Source: Prochlorococcus sp. AG-679-M23 (GTDB taxonomy: Bacteria; Cyanobacteriota; Cyanobacteriia; PCC-6307; Cyanobiaceae). From it: 64,000 nucleotides of DNA. This document shows, in pieces, positions 21,568 through 30,865 of this stretch. The notes beneath the pieces were generated by a model, which worked only from the letters and a program-made list of their open reading frames with translations, was not told where the DNA came from and did not search any database. A program made the position numbers and the translations under genes. Location: positions 141,766-205,765 of the forward strand of contig QCUR01000003.1 of NCBI GenBank assembly GCA_003208875.1, read 5' to 3'. The stretch's first letter is position 1. The number at the start of each line of letters is the position of its first letter.

Positions 21568-21749
21568 GCATTACCATAAGTACCTACCACATCCCAAAAA
21601 GCATTCCACAACATTTTGATGGTGGTTATAGCGTTAATTTCAAAATGAGAATATAAAACTTTAAATCTATATAAAAACAACTATCCTGTATTTACAGGCA
21701 TTTTAAAGGATTAATTGTCACAAAAAAAGGTATAAGGATCTAAAAATAT

Positions 21750-21762
21750 ACGGAGAGGGTGG
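21750..21762 (-). repeat. att copy 2 (tRNA-Ser 3' end)
   Basis: ACGGAGAGGGTGG identical to 30865-30877. Confidence 0.92.
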
Positions 21763-21832
21763 ACATAGAATTCAATCTAGAATTCCAGTGTAGACCTACT
21801 CTGACCACAGTTTAGTTTAGTAATTCATATGA

Positions 21833-21854
21833 AACCTTGAGACAACCTAGAGAC
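21833..21854 (+). repeat. Arm-type-like tandem repeats, left end of cassette B
   Basis: AACCTTGAGAC-AACCTAGAGAC. Confidence 0.78.
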
Positions 21855-22081
21855 ATTTTAGTTTTTATTACTTAATCGATGGATTTAATTTATTGACTAC
21901 AAATATGGGTCTTCATCACATAGTTATTTCAACTGATTTAGAAGCAAAGAGTATAAAAAGAATTTCAACTGAGAATAATAGTGACCATGATGGAATAAGT
22001 TGTTTAATTAATTTTTAAAAGTTAACCAATGAAAATTAATATGGCACAATAAATATGATTTAGGAAATCCAAAAAATTATT

Positions 22082-22432
22082 GTGGATACTGCTGATAAAC
22101 TTTCGATTCTTCAAGAGAGCGTAAACGCTTTCTTCATTAAATTTTTTGATGGAATGTATCCAGAGAGAGTAGACAGAGATCCTGATTTAGTTAAGTTAAA
22201 ACGAATTGGAAATCTCAACCAATTCAATGGAATTGATAAGGATTTCCCTGATTTTGATATTAAAATGGATATCACGAAAGCATTTACTCATATTATTGAA
22301 CACGGTGATGGAATTGAAATGCTTAAGGAAGAAAATGTTCCATTTGAAGATAGTGTTGAAAGATTAGTTTTGGAAGAACTTACAAATACTGAGAATAGAT
22401 ATGGATATGATTTCAATGATGATGTTGAATAA
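22082..22432 (+). CDS. Hypothetical acidic protein (cassette B)
   Basis: 116-aa ORF, GTG start, abuts the next gene. Confidence 0.65.
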   Translation: MDTADKLSILQESVNAFFIKFFDGMYPERVDRDPDLVKLKRIGNLNQFNGIDKDFPDFDIKMDITKAFTHIIEHGDGIEMLKEENVPFEDSVERLVLEELTNTENRYGYDFNDDVE

Positions 22433-22780
22433 ATGAAAAAACTATTTCTTCTAATTTTAATATTTGGTTTTAATACTCCTGTAAATGCAGAACAATATCA
22501 AAGGCACAAATATACTTGCCCAGAATCTCAAAGTGAATGTAATGAAGGAGAAATAGCAGCAATTAAATTAGTAAATGACACTTATTGGGAAATGCTTTCA
22601 GAGAGAATCAAGGAAAATAAACATTATAAGTATCCTTGGTATTGGGTTTACAAAAAGGGGGAGTGTAAATATTCTGTCGCTGCGAAGGAAGATATGCCAA
22701 AGCATACAGTCACTATGGAATGGATTGATGTTGATATTTGCGAAAAAACCACTAAATTGTTGGATCTAAGACGCAGATGA
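22433..22780 (+). CDS. Putative secreted hypothetical protein
   Basis: Signal peptide MKKLFLLILIFGFNTPVNA; four Cys. Confidence 0.7.
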   Translation: MKKLFLLILIFGFNTPVNAEQYQRHKYTCPESQSECNEGEIAAIKLVNDTYWEMLSERIKENKHYKYPWYWVYKKGECKYSVAAKEDMPKHTVTMEWIDVDICEKTTKLLDLRRR

Positions 22781-22860
22781 AAATTAAAAAAAATATTCTC
22801 TCTAAGATTGCTAATCGATCATTATCCCAATTGGGTTCTTTTCTCATTGATTAAGACTAA

Positions 22861-25800
22861 TTAACTTGCAACTAATTCTTCTCCTAGAGTTTCTGCTTGT
22901 TGTAGAACAGTCTCAACTGCAGTAATTTGTTCATCTGGTGGATACTTATATCTCTTCAAAAGTGTTTTGATTTTAAGTCTCAGTTTTGCCCTGACATTTT
23001 CTTTATATTGCCAGTCAATATTTGCATCTCTCCTCATAATTTCTGCAAGTTCTCTTGCCATATTTGCAAGAACTTCTTCTTTCAAAAGTTTATGAGCAGA
23101 TGGGTTGTCTGCTAAAGCATCATAGAAAGATTGTTCTGCAGAAGATAAACCTAATGCAATCCCACGTTCTAAATCTTCTCTGAATTTCTTTGCCATTTCA
23201 ATTAGTTCTTCTATTACTTGTGCTGCTTCTATCGCCCTGTTTTCATATTTTTGCAATGATTTAGAAAGCATTTCACTAAAGTTTTTCTGCTTCACAACAT
23301 TTGTTCTGAACTTACTTTTTACTTCATCATTTATGAGTTTTTGAAGCAATTCAACTGCTAAATTTTTCTGTGGGATCTTACTTACTTCTGATAAGAATTG
23401 ATCTGACATGATACTTATATCTGGATTCTTGAGACCAGCAACTTTGAATACATCAGTTATTCCATCAGAGACTAATGATTCAGATAGAAGTTGTTGTAAT
23501 TCAAACCCATAAGTTTGAGGTGGACGTACAACAATATCTCCTTTTATTAGCATTGCTCTTATTGCTTGAAGGAATGCTATTTCAGGACTATGTTCAAGTG
23601 CTTCATCAGTTGTTCCACAAAGAGCAAATGCTTTCGTTATTTTTAGAACTGTATTGCAGAATCTTTTCTTCCCATCATCTATCTCGAGAATATGGTCAAG
23701 ACAATTTGGAATAATGTCTAATGCTTTTCCTTTCTCTCTAAAGTGACCCCATTCAACAGGATGTAAGAGATCTTCTGCTATTTGAATTTGTTCAAGAAGT
23801 ACACGAACTGCTTCACTGGTATCAAGTTTTATTTCCCCTTTTCCGTTTGCTGCTGTGTAAGTAGCAAGTGCCTCTTTGAGTTGTGGAGCAATACCTATGT
23901 AATCAACAATCAGTCCACCTGGTTTATCCTTGAAAACTCTATTGACTCTTGCAATTGCTTGAGCAAGATTTGCTTCTTTCATTGGTTTATCTACGTACAT
24001 AGTTGCTAAACAAGGTGCATCAAAACCCGTCAACCACATATCTCTTACAAGAACGATTTTGAGTGGATCATTTGGATCTTTGAATCTATTCTCTAAATCT
24101 TTTTTTTGTTGTTTGCTTGTGTGATGAGGTTGAAGAAGTTCCGACTCAGAAGCAGATGCAGTCATGACAACTTTTACAGAACCTTTCATATGATCCGAAT
24201 CTTTCCATGCTGGTTTGAGATCGACTATCTCGTTGTAAAGACGTGCACAGATTTCTCTACTCATTCCAACAATCAATGCTTTTCCAGGTTGCGTTTTAGA
24301 TCTTTGTTCATAGTGGGCAATAAGATCTTTTGCTACTTGTTTGAGTCGAGGTTCTGCTCCTACTAATGCTTCTAATGCTGCCCATCTACTTTTCGCCTTT
24401 TCAGTAGAAGAAATATCATCTTCATTTTCAAAAATTTCATCAAACCTACTATCTAAACTCGGAGTACTGCTTTCTTTGAGTTTTAGTTTTGCTAGTCTTG
24501 ACTCGTAATAAATTGGAACTGTTGCTCCATCATCTACTGCTTGCTGAATATCATAAATAGAAACGTAATGACCAAAGACTGCTTGTGTATCTCGATCATC
24601 TTGAGAAATTGGAGTTCCTGTAAATGCCAAGAAAGTTGCGTTTGGAAGAGCATCCCTCAGTCCTTTTGCTAATCCATATTTCACTTCTCCTGTCTTTGAA
24701 TCAATTCTTCCTTTGAAACCATATTGAGTTCGATGTGCCTCATCACAAATCACCACAATATTTTTTCTATCAGTCAATGCAGGGAATTTTTCTTCGTCCT
24801 TTTCTGTTGCAAATTTTTGAATGGTTGTAAAAATAATTCCTCCACTAGGTCTGTTATCTAATAGATCTCTTAGATCTTTTCTTGACTCTGCTTGCTTAGG
24901 TTTTTCTCCCAATAAATCTCCAGATCCAGTAAAGACACCAAATAACTGACCATCAAGATCTTGCCTATCAGTGACCATTACTAAGGTGGGATTTTGAAGT
25001 CTTTTATCGGTTAGAAGTTTTCCTGCTAAACATGCCATCTCGATACTTTTTCCTGCACCTTGCGTATGCCAAACAACTCCACCTTTGCGATCACCATCTG
25101 GTTTACTTGCCTCTATGACTCTTTCGACTGCAGTATTGACTGCATAGAACTGATGATAAGCAGCAATCTTTTTGATAATTTCTTTTTCTTCTTCAAAGAC
25201 ACAGAATGAACGTATGAAATCTAATAATCTTTTTTTATCGAATAATCCTCTAACTAAGGTTTCTAATTGTTTGAACTTTCCAAGTGGATCTAAATCTTGT
25301 TCTTTTTCAATAACTCTCCATTGCTGGAATCTTTCCTCATTCGCAGAAAGCGATCCTACTTTTGCATAAGTACCATCACTAATAACTAATAGAACATTTG
25401 GAGTAAATAAATCAGGAATATCTACTTTATAAGTTCTTAGTTGATTGAAAGCGTCCCAGATATCAGTTTTTTCATTTGCTGGATTCTTGAGTTCAATTAC
25501 TGCAATTGGGAGACCATTTATATAAACAACAACATCAGGTCTACGATTATTTTTTGGACCACTAATTGCTAATTGATTGACGACTAACCAATCATTTTTA
25601 TCAGGATTATCAAAATCAATAATTCTTAGTCGGATTCCAATTTCTTGGTTACCTTCCATGTAAGAAATAGGAAGTCCTTTGGTCATCCATATGTGAAATT
25701 GACGATTCGAAGCAACTAATCCAGGAATATTTGGATTGGTTATTTGTAGAACTGCTGAATCAATAGTTTTACTAGGAACTTCAGGATTCAATTTTATAAG

Positions 25801-25962
25801 TGCAGACTTCAAACGAACTGTTAGATAAACTTGTCTGAAATCAATTCTTTCAGGAGAGTCTCCATCAGGAGCAATATTTGGACCATAAACATATTGATAT
25901 CCGAGATCTTCAAACCATTCAATTGAAGTTTCTTCTATTAGATTTTCATCTATCAATGACAT
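22861..25962 (-). CDS. hsdR: Type I restriction endonuclease subunit R
   Basis: RPD-x13-ELK nuclease motif, HTQGAGKS Walker A, DEAH, FTGTP, WLTGFD, QAIARVNR. Confidence 0.96.
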   Translation of the reverse strand: MSLIDENLIEETSIEWFEDLGYQYVYGPNIAPDGDSPERIDFRQVYLTVRLKSALIKLNPEVPSKTIDSAVLQITNPNIPGLVASNRQFHIWMTKGLPISYMEGNQEIGIRLRIIDFDNPDKNDWLVVNQLAISGPKNNRRPDVVVYINGLPIAVIELKNPANEKTDIWDAFNQLRTYKVDIPDLFTPNVLLVISDGTYAKVGSLSANEERFQQWRVIEKEQDLDPLGKFKQLETLVRGLFDKKRLLDFIRSFCVFEEEKEIIKKIAAYHQFYAVNTAVERVIEASKPDGDRKGGVVWHTQGAGKSIEMACLAGKLLTDKRLQNPTLVMVTDRQDLDGQLFGVFTGSGDLLGEKPKQAESRKDLRDLLDNRPSGGIIFTTIQKFATEKDEEKFPALTDRKNIVVICDEAHRTQYGFKGRIDSKTGEVKYGLAKGLRDALPNATFLAFTGTPISQDDRDTQAVFGHYVSIYDIQQAVDDGATVPIYYESRLAKLKLKESSTPSLDSRFDEIFENEDDISSTEKAKSRWAALEALVGAEPRLKQVAKDLIAHYEQRSKTQPGKALIVGMSREICARLYNEIVDLKPAWKDSDHMKGSVKVVMTASASESELLQPHHTSKQQKKDLENRFKDPNDPLKIVLVRDMWLTGFDAPCLATMYVDKPMKEANLAQAIARVNRVFKDKPGGLIVDYIGIAPQLKEALATYTAANGKGEIKLDTSEAVRVLLEQIQIAEDLLHPVEWGHFREKGKALDIIPNCLDHILEIDDGKKRFCNTVLKITKAFALCGTTDEALEHSPEIAFLQAIRAMLIKGDIVVRPPQTYGFELQQLLSESLVSDGITDVFKVAGLKNPDISIMSDQFLSEVSKIPQKNLAVELLQKLINDEVKSKFRTNVVKQKNFSEMLSKSLQKYENRAIEAAQVIEELIEMAKKFREDLERGIALGLSSAEQSFYDALADNPSAHKLLKEEVLANMARELAEIMRRDANIDWQYKENVRAKLRLKIKTLLKRYKYPPDEQITAVETVLQQAETLGEELVAS

Positions 25963-27275
25963 TAGATACCAACCTCATCAATCATTCTTTCTGCATCAGA
26001 AATTATGAGTTCTCCCGAAACTAGTCTTGGAAGCAATGTATCTCTAAGTTCTTCTAGCAACATATTAGAAACTATATTCGAAGTTCTTTTTTTGAATAAT
26101 AATAAGGCAATTTTTTCGTAGCGTTCGCATATTTTATTAGGAGGCACAATAATCTTTAATTTTCTACAATCTTCTCTTCTTAGAAATCCTCTTGCACTTC
26201 CAGAAACCCATGAAGTAATTTCTTTGACCTTATTACTAAAGGAATAGTAAGTAAACATTTGGTCAATACTATTATTTTTTGATCTAATTCTCCACATATT
26301 TTGATTTAGTAAAGATGGAACAATATCACTTGAAACCAAACCTATTTTGCCTAAAGTTGCCCCAACCATTACAAATAACGTATCACCTTCAAGTAATTCA
26401 AATTTTCTAAATTCATCAAATTTATCTTTCTCAATAAAGACAGCATCCTTTTTATTGATAAAAGAATCTTCTCCAATGTTTAGTGTTCTAACTATAAAAG
26501 ATCCTTTTGTAGTGTAATCCTTACTTTTGAAAGCATATCCGCCACTCAAATCTGCAATTTCATCTAATTCTTTTACTTGCCATCCTTTTGGAATCTCTCC
26601 TAATTCAGAATCTTCAAATGAATCTGGAAATAAATTACTAATCTCGTCAGGTAATCCAGTTGAGAGACCTTCTACTTTTGCTTTTACAGGATCAAAATCT
26701 ATAAACCAAGATTTGAAAAGTGCTTTTGCTATTTCTTCAAGAGTTTCATTAGTTTTTTGATTGATTTCAATTTTTTTATCAAGGGTTCCAATGATATGTG
26801 CAATTGCTTTTTGTTCATGGAGAGGAGGATATTCAAATTCAAATCTTCCTAAAACCTTTGCATTTGCTCCTGCTTGTGCAGAACCAGTTTTTGAACCCCT
26901 TACGAAATTCCACCATGAGGAACTTCTCATACATCGCCATACATATGAAGGATCCACAATTTGTTTATTTACGCGAAATCTTATGAGGTAAGAAGCAAAA
27001 ACCACAAAAGATTCTCCTTGAAATAAATAATTTTCTCCAGTACTATTTCCTGTTCTCGCAACAACAATATCTCCATCGTTCAAAAGATATTTTGATTTTG
27101 AGGATGAATCTATTTCGCAGAATGGAACATCTCTCCATTGCACAAAACCATTTTGAATATCTGTAATTCTTAGGAATTTTGTGCCAGTATTTTCATCTGT
27201 TGCACTTGCTGTAAAACCATACTCGATTTTTTCTGAGACGTCAGCAAGTGAAGTTTTTTTCCAATTACTATTCAT
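25962..27275 (-). CDS. hsdS: Type I RM specificity subunit S
   Basis: Two TRDs; PPLHEQKAIA, ELGEIPKGW and LRDTLLPRLVSGE conserved regions; overlaps hsdM and hsdR. Confidence 0.94.
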   Translation of the reverse strand: MNSNWKKTSLADVSEKIEYGFTASATDENTGTKFLRITDIQNGFVQWRDVPFCEIDSSSKSKYLLNDGDIVVARTGNSTGENYLFQGESFVVFASYLIRFRVNKQIVDPSYVWRCMRSSSWWNFVRGSKTGSAQAGANAKVLGRFEFEYPPLHEQKAIAHIIGTLDKKIEINQKTNETLEEIAKALFKSWFIDFDPVKAKVEGLSTGLPDEISNLFPDSFEDSELGEIPKGWQVKELDEIADLSGGYAFKSKDYTTKGSFIVRTLNIGEDSFINKKDAVFIEKDKFDEFRKFELLEGDTLFVMVGATLGKIGLVSSDIVPSLLNQNMWRIRSKNNSIDQMFTYYSFSNKVKEITSWVSGSARGFLRREDCRKLKIIVPPNKICERYEKIALLLFKKRTSNIVSNMLLEELRDTLLPRLVSGELIISDAERMIDEVGI

Positions 27276-28842
27276 ATCCTATACGATTCAAATTCTCAGC
27301 AATTTTTTGATCTAATTTTGCTCCCTCTTCCTGTTGTGTTTTGAGTAAAGAGGTAAGTCTTTTCATCTTTTCATCAAAAGGTTCACCATCATCCTCTTCT
27401 TCTGGAGCACCAACATATCGTCCAGGAGTTAGAGCAAAACTATTCTTTTCAATCTCTTCAAACTTTGCGTTGTAGCAGAAACCTGCAACGTCCTCATACT
27501 CATCATCTTTACGCCAAGATTGGACAGTATCTGCAATCTTAGAAATATCTCCATCAGTGAGAATTCTCTCAACTCGATTTTTCATTGTTCCCATTTGGCG
27601 AGCATCAATGAATAAAGTTTCTCCTTTTCTATCTCTACCTCTTTGAGTTTTATCGTTAGTCAAAAACCATAAACAAACTGGAATTTGGGTATTCAAAAAT
27701 AATTGCCCAGGCAATGCAACCATAACTTCAACCACATCTTTTTTGACCATCTCTTCTCGAATATTCCCCTCATTACTTGTATTAGAACTCATAGATCCAT
27801 TTGCAAGAACTACTCCTGCTTGACCACCTGGTCTCAACTTCCAAAGCATATGTTGTAACCATGCATAGTTAGCATTTCCTGCTGGTGGTCTTCCATATGC
27901 CCAGCGAACATCACTTTCATATTTTTCCCCACCCCAATCAGAAATATTGAAGGGTGGATTAGCGAGTATGTAATCAAATTTTTGATCAAGATGCTGATCT
28001 CTTGCAAAAGTATCTGCAGGTTCTTGTCCTAAATCGGCAGAAAAACCCCTAATTGCAAGGTTTATTGCTGCTAATCGCCAAGTAGTAGGATTACTTTCTT
28101 GACCATAAATTGAAATAGCATCTCTTTCTCCTCCATGTGCTTCTATAAATCTTTCACTTTGAACAAACATTCCACCTGATCCACAACATGGATCATAAAC
28201 TCGACCTTTATCAGGAGATAAAACTGCAACTAATGTTTTTACAACGTGAGAAGGAGTATAGAATTGTCCTCCTTTTTTTCCTTCAGCACTTGCAAATTGA
28301 CCCAAAAAGTATTCAAAAACTTCACCTAAAACATCTCCCGAATTTTCTTGCTCAGTGAAACCAACGGTTGAAAAAAGATCTATTAGTTGTCCTAATATTC
28401 CAAATTCTAATTGAGCAGTACTAAATCTTTTATCTAACTTTCCCCTTAGGTCTGAGTTTTCATTCTCAATCGAAACCAATGCTTTATCAATACGCTGACC
28501 AATATCAGGTTGTTTTGCTTGATTTCTAAGTTCTTCCCATCGGGCATCTTTTGGAACCCAAAACACATTTGCTTGAGTGTAATAATCTCTATCTTCTAAT
28601 GCCTCTTGATGATCTTTAGGATCATCTCCAAGAAAATAATCTGAGTCTGGGGTGCTAACTATTTCTAATACTTTTTTCTGATGTTCAACAAAGGTATCCG
28701 AAACAAATTTTAGAAATATCAATGGAAGAACAAGATTCTTATATTCAGCAGCATCCATTTGAGCACGTAATTTATCTGCACTTGCCCAAAGAACTGCTTT
28801 GAAATCTTTTGGAGTATCTTCTTTCTTTTTAGGAATGACCAA
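27268..28842 (-). CDS. hsdM: Type I RM methyltransferase subunit M (m6A)
   Basis: LWASADKLR, GQFYTP, YDPCCGSGG, NPPF, LTPGRYVG. Confidence 0.96.
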   Translation of the reverse strand: MVIPKKKEDTPKDFKAVLWASADKLRAQMDAAEYKNLVLPLIFLKFVSDTFVEHQKKVLEIVSTPDSDYFLGDDPKDHQEALEDRDYYTQANVFWVPKDARWEELRNQAKQPDIGQRIDKALVSIENENSDLRGKLDKRFSTAQLEFGILGQLIDLFSTVGFTEQENSGDVLGEVFEYFLGQFASAEGKKGGQFYTPSHVVKTLVAVLSPDKGRVYDPCCGSGGMFVQSERFIEAHGGERDAISIYGQESNPTTWRLAAINLAIRGFSADLGQEPADTFARDQHLDQKFDYILANPPFNISDWGGEKYESDVRWAYGRPPAGNANYAWLQHMLWKLRPGGQAGVVLANGSMSSNTSNEGNIREEMVKKDVVEVMVALPGQLFLNTQIPVCLWFLTNDKTQRGRDRKGETLFIDARQMGTMKNRVERILTDGDISKIADTVQSWRKDDEYEDVAGFCYNAKFEEIEKNSFALTPGRYVGAPEEEDDGEPFDEKMKRLTSLLKTQQEEGAKLDQKIAENLNRIGYE

Positions 28843-28954
28843 TAAAAAATAATTGCTCTTATTTTATACCTAATTGCTATTTTGTTTGATTCAATGCTTA
28901 CTTTCTGACATGCGATTTGTTATTTTTTTAATTAGTTAAAGAGCGAATAAAATC

Positions 28955-29149
28955 ATGATTACTAATAAGAGATACCAAACGTTATTAATGCTTGCGACAA
29001 CAGGCAAACCTTTAAATAAAGACGCTACAGAAGAAGAAAAGAAATTCTACGAAGAATGTAAACATGACTATAAAGTCATGAAAGAAACCGCAAAGAAAAA
29101 GGGCATAAAGAATCCAATTTTAGAAATACCAATGGAAGTTGATTTTTAG
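28955..29149 (+). CDS. Small hypothetical protein (cassette B)
   Basis: 64-aa ATG ORF divergent from hsdM. Confidence 0.6.
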   Translation: MITNKRYQTLLMLATTGKPLNKDATEEEKKFYEECKHDYKVMKETAKKKGIKNPILEIPMEVDF

Positions 29150-29348
29150 AGAAATAATGCAACCACCAAAGACCTCTGAAGAATTAACAGAAATGTATCC
29201 CGATCTAGAACCTTGGCAAAGGGATGAACTAGAAATTTGGCACAGAGGATGGATTACTAAATTAATGACTGGAGATGCAACATCAAAAGAATATAATGCT
29301 GCAATACCTCCTCATCCAGATCCTCATCACCCTGAAGATGATGAGTAA
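29139..29348 (+). CDS. Small hypothetical protein (cassette B)
   Basis: 69-aa track ORF (an ATG at 29157 is an alternative start); Pro/His-rich C-terminus. Confidence 0.55.
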   Translation: MIFREIMQPPKTSEELTEMYPDLEPWQRDELEIWHRGWITKLMTGDATSKEYNAAIPPHPDPHHPEDDE

Positions 29349-29381
29349 AATAAGGTTTGAAAATTATTTGTATCTCTAAAA

Positions 29382-29425
29382 AACCTAGAGACTTTAAAAA
29401 AATAACCCTGAGACAACATAGAGAC
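29382..29425 (+). repeat. Arm-type-like repeats, right end of cassette B
   Basis: AACCTAGAGAC (29382), AACCCTGAGAC (29404), AACATAGAGAC (29415). Confidence 0.78.
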
Positions 29426-29549
29426 AAGAGTGGTCATTGTGGTAACTTATAAAAGTCAAACGGGTTAAAGAATACCTAAAACAACTCAGTCATAACAGTG
29501 AATCTGGACATTCTGACCAATTCTGACTACATCTTATTTGTATAAAAAT

Positions 29550-29561
29550 ACGGAGAGGGTG
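29550..29561 (-). repeat. att copy 3 (tRNA-Ser 3' end)
   Basis: ACGGAGAGGGTG identical to 30865-30876. Confidence 0.92.
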
Positions 29562-29629
29562 AAATTCACTTTCGTGTTTTAACGGCAGATACAGGAACAT
29601 CTGGGATGGTTAAAGGGATGTAGAGGCAA

Positions 29630-29653
29630 ATATCCACCAACACATCCACCAAC
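29630..29653 (+). repeat. Arm-type-like tandem repeats, left end of cassette C
   Basis: ATATCCACCAAC-ACATCCACCAAC. Confidence 0.8.
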
Positions 29654-29764
29654 ACCAAAAACTTGCCTATATTGGACGATATTGGATTGATAAATCTGTA
29701 TATAAATTACAATTTTATATATATTTTTTTCTAGGGATATAATTATCAAAATATTTAATAAAAA

Positions 29765-30652
29765 ATGAAAACACTCTATTCATTTTTAGTTTCATTATTA
29801 GTAATACCTTTTTCAACAACTATAGGACTAGGGTCTTTATATTTTTATAGTGAACTTGCAATTTTCACTAGAGAAGCAAAAGCAACAAACTGGAATGCAT
29901 TTAATCTAAATTTTAAAAAAGGGTTGAGATATCTTGATAAGGGTGAATATCAAAAGGCACTTGATGCTTACAACAGAGTAATTAAAATTTATGCACTTGA
30001 TGGACCTAGTTTCTACAACAGAGGCACAGCATATTTAGGATTAGGAAAATACAATGAGGCAATTAAAGACTTTTTAAAATCAATTAAATACGATAATGAG
30101 AAAGGCAACCAATATGCTTATAACAATATTGCAGTCGCATACGATAATCTTGGAGATTACAAAAATGCCCTTAAATATATCAACTTAGCAATAGATGCGT
30201 ACCCTAAATTTGGACTTTATTTTCACAATCGTGCTTACTATAATTTGGAGTTAGAAAATTTCAAAGATGCAGAAAAAGATTATGCGAAAGCAAAAGAAGT
30301 TTACTTAAAATATAAAAGTACAAGAATGATTGGAGATTGTCCAAAAGTTAAGAATCTAGAGCATTGCAAACTAGATTCTTGGTTCTATAACGATTTAGGT
30401 TATGCAAAAGAGAGTTTAGGAGATTTTAGAGGAGCATTGGTTAATTACGATAAAGCAATAGAAATAAATTATCCAAATCCAAATGAAGAAAAATTTATCA
30501 TATTCAATAATCGGGGAAATACAAGATATGAATTAGGTGATGAGAAGGGTGCTTGTAAAGATTACAAGTTTGCTGCATCAATAGGTGACGCGGAAGGAGT
30601 TGAGTGGTTGAAATCAAAGGATGGTAAATGGTGCGGAGAAATGGAATTTTAA
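29765..30652 (+). CDS. Tetratricopeptide repeat protein with hydrophobic N-terminus
   Basis: Repeated YNRG..Y..LG.Y..A..D...AI TPR units. Confidence 0.9.
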   Translation: MKTLYSFLVSLLVIPFSTTIGLGSLYFYSELAIFTREAKATNWNAFNLNFKKGLRYLDKGEYQKALDAYNRVIKIYALDGPSFYNRGTAYLGLGKYNEAIKDFLKSIKYDNEKGNQYAYNNIAVAYDNLGDYKNALKYINLAIDAYPKFGLYFHNRAYYNLELENFKDAEKDYAKAKEVYLKYKSTRMIGDCPKVKNLEHCKLDSWFYNDLGYAKESLGDFRGALVNYDKAIEINYPNPNEEKFIIFNNRGNTRYELGDEKGACKDYKFAASIGDAEGVEWLKSKDGKWCGEMEF

Positions 30653-30666
30653 AACATAAAAAGATT

Positions 30667-30754
30667 TATCCACCAACACATACTTTCTCCATCAAATATC
30701 CACCAACACATCAAAAAATATCCACCAACATATCCACCAACATATCCACCAACA
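30667..30754 (+). repeat. Five TATCCACCAACA direct repeats, right end of cassette C
   Basis: Copies at 30667, 30697, 30719, 30731 and 30743. Confidence 0.9.
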
Positions 30755-30865
30755 CATTTATGCATATACTGGTAAATGTTGGATTATATAGGACAAACAA
30801 CTTCTCTAAAATCCCATTTTGACCGCATTTTTGCCAACATAGCACTTCACAGGATGATAATTAAA

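Noticed and set aside
19757..21722. Exact 12-mer TTAATTGTCACA at 19757 and 21711
   Set aside because: AT-rich, only two copies and no consistent structural context; may be chance
22575..22769. 64-aa ORF inside the secreted-protein gene
   Set aside because: Alternative-frame ORF nested in a better-supported gene
22927..26991. Several short + strand ORFs within hsdR and hsdS
   Set aside because: Antisense shadows with no recognisable motifs
25962..27275. Phase-variable or invertible hsdS locus
   Set aside because: Single hsdS; no extra TRD cassettes, recombinase or simple-sequence tract seen
30667..30754. Possible CRISPR or mini-array
   Set aside because: Repeats are only 12 bp with gaps of 18, 10, 0 and 0 bp; no cas genes; the same motif occurs at other cassette ends
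30628..30822. 64-aa ORF with YPPTH/ISTN repeats
   Set aside because: Translation artefact of the TATCCACCAACA DNA repeats; overlaps the TPR gene end
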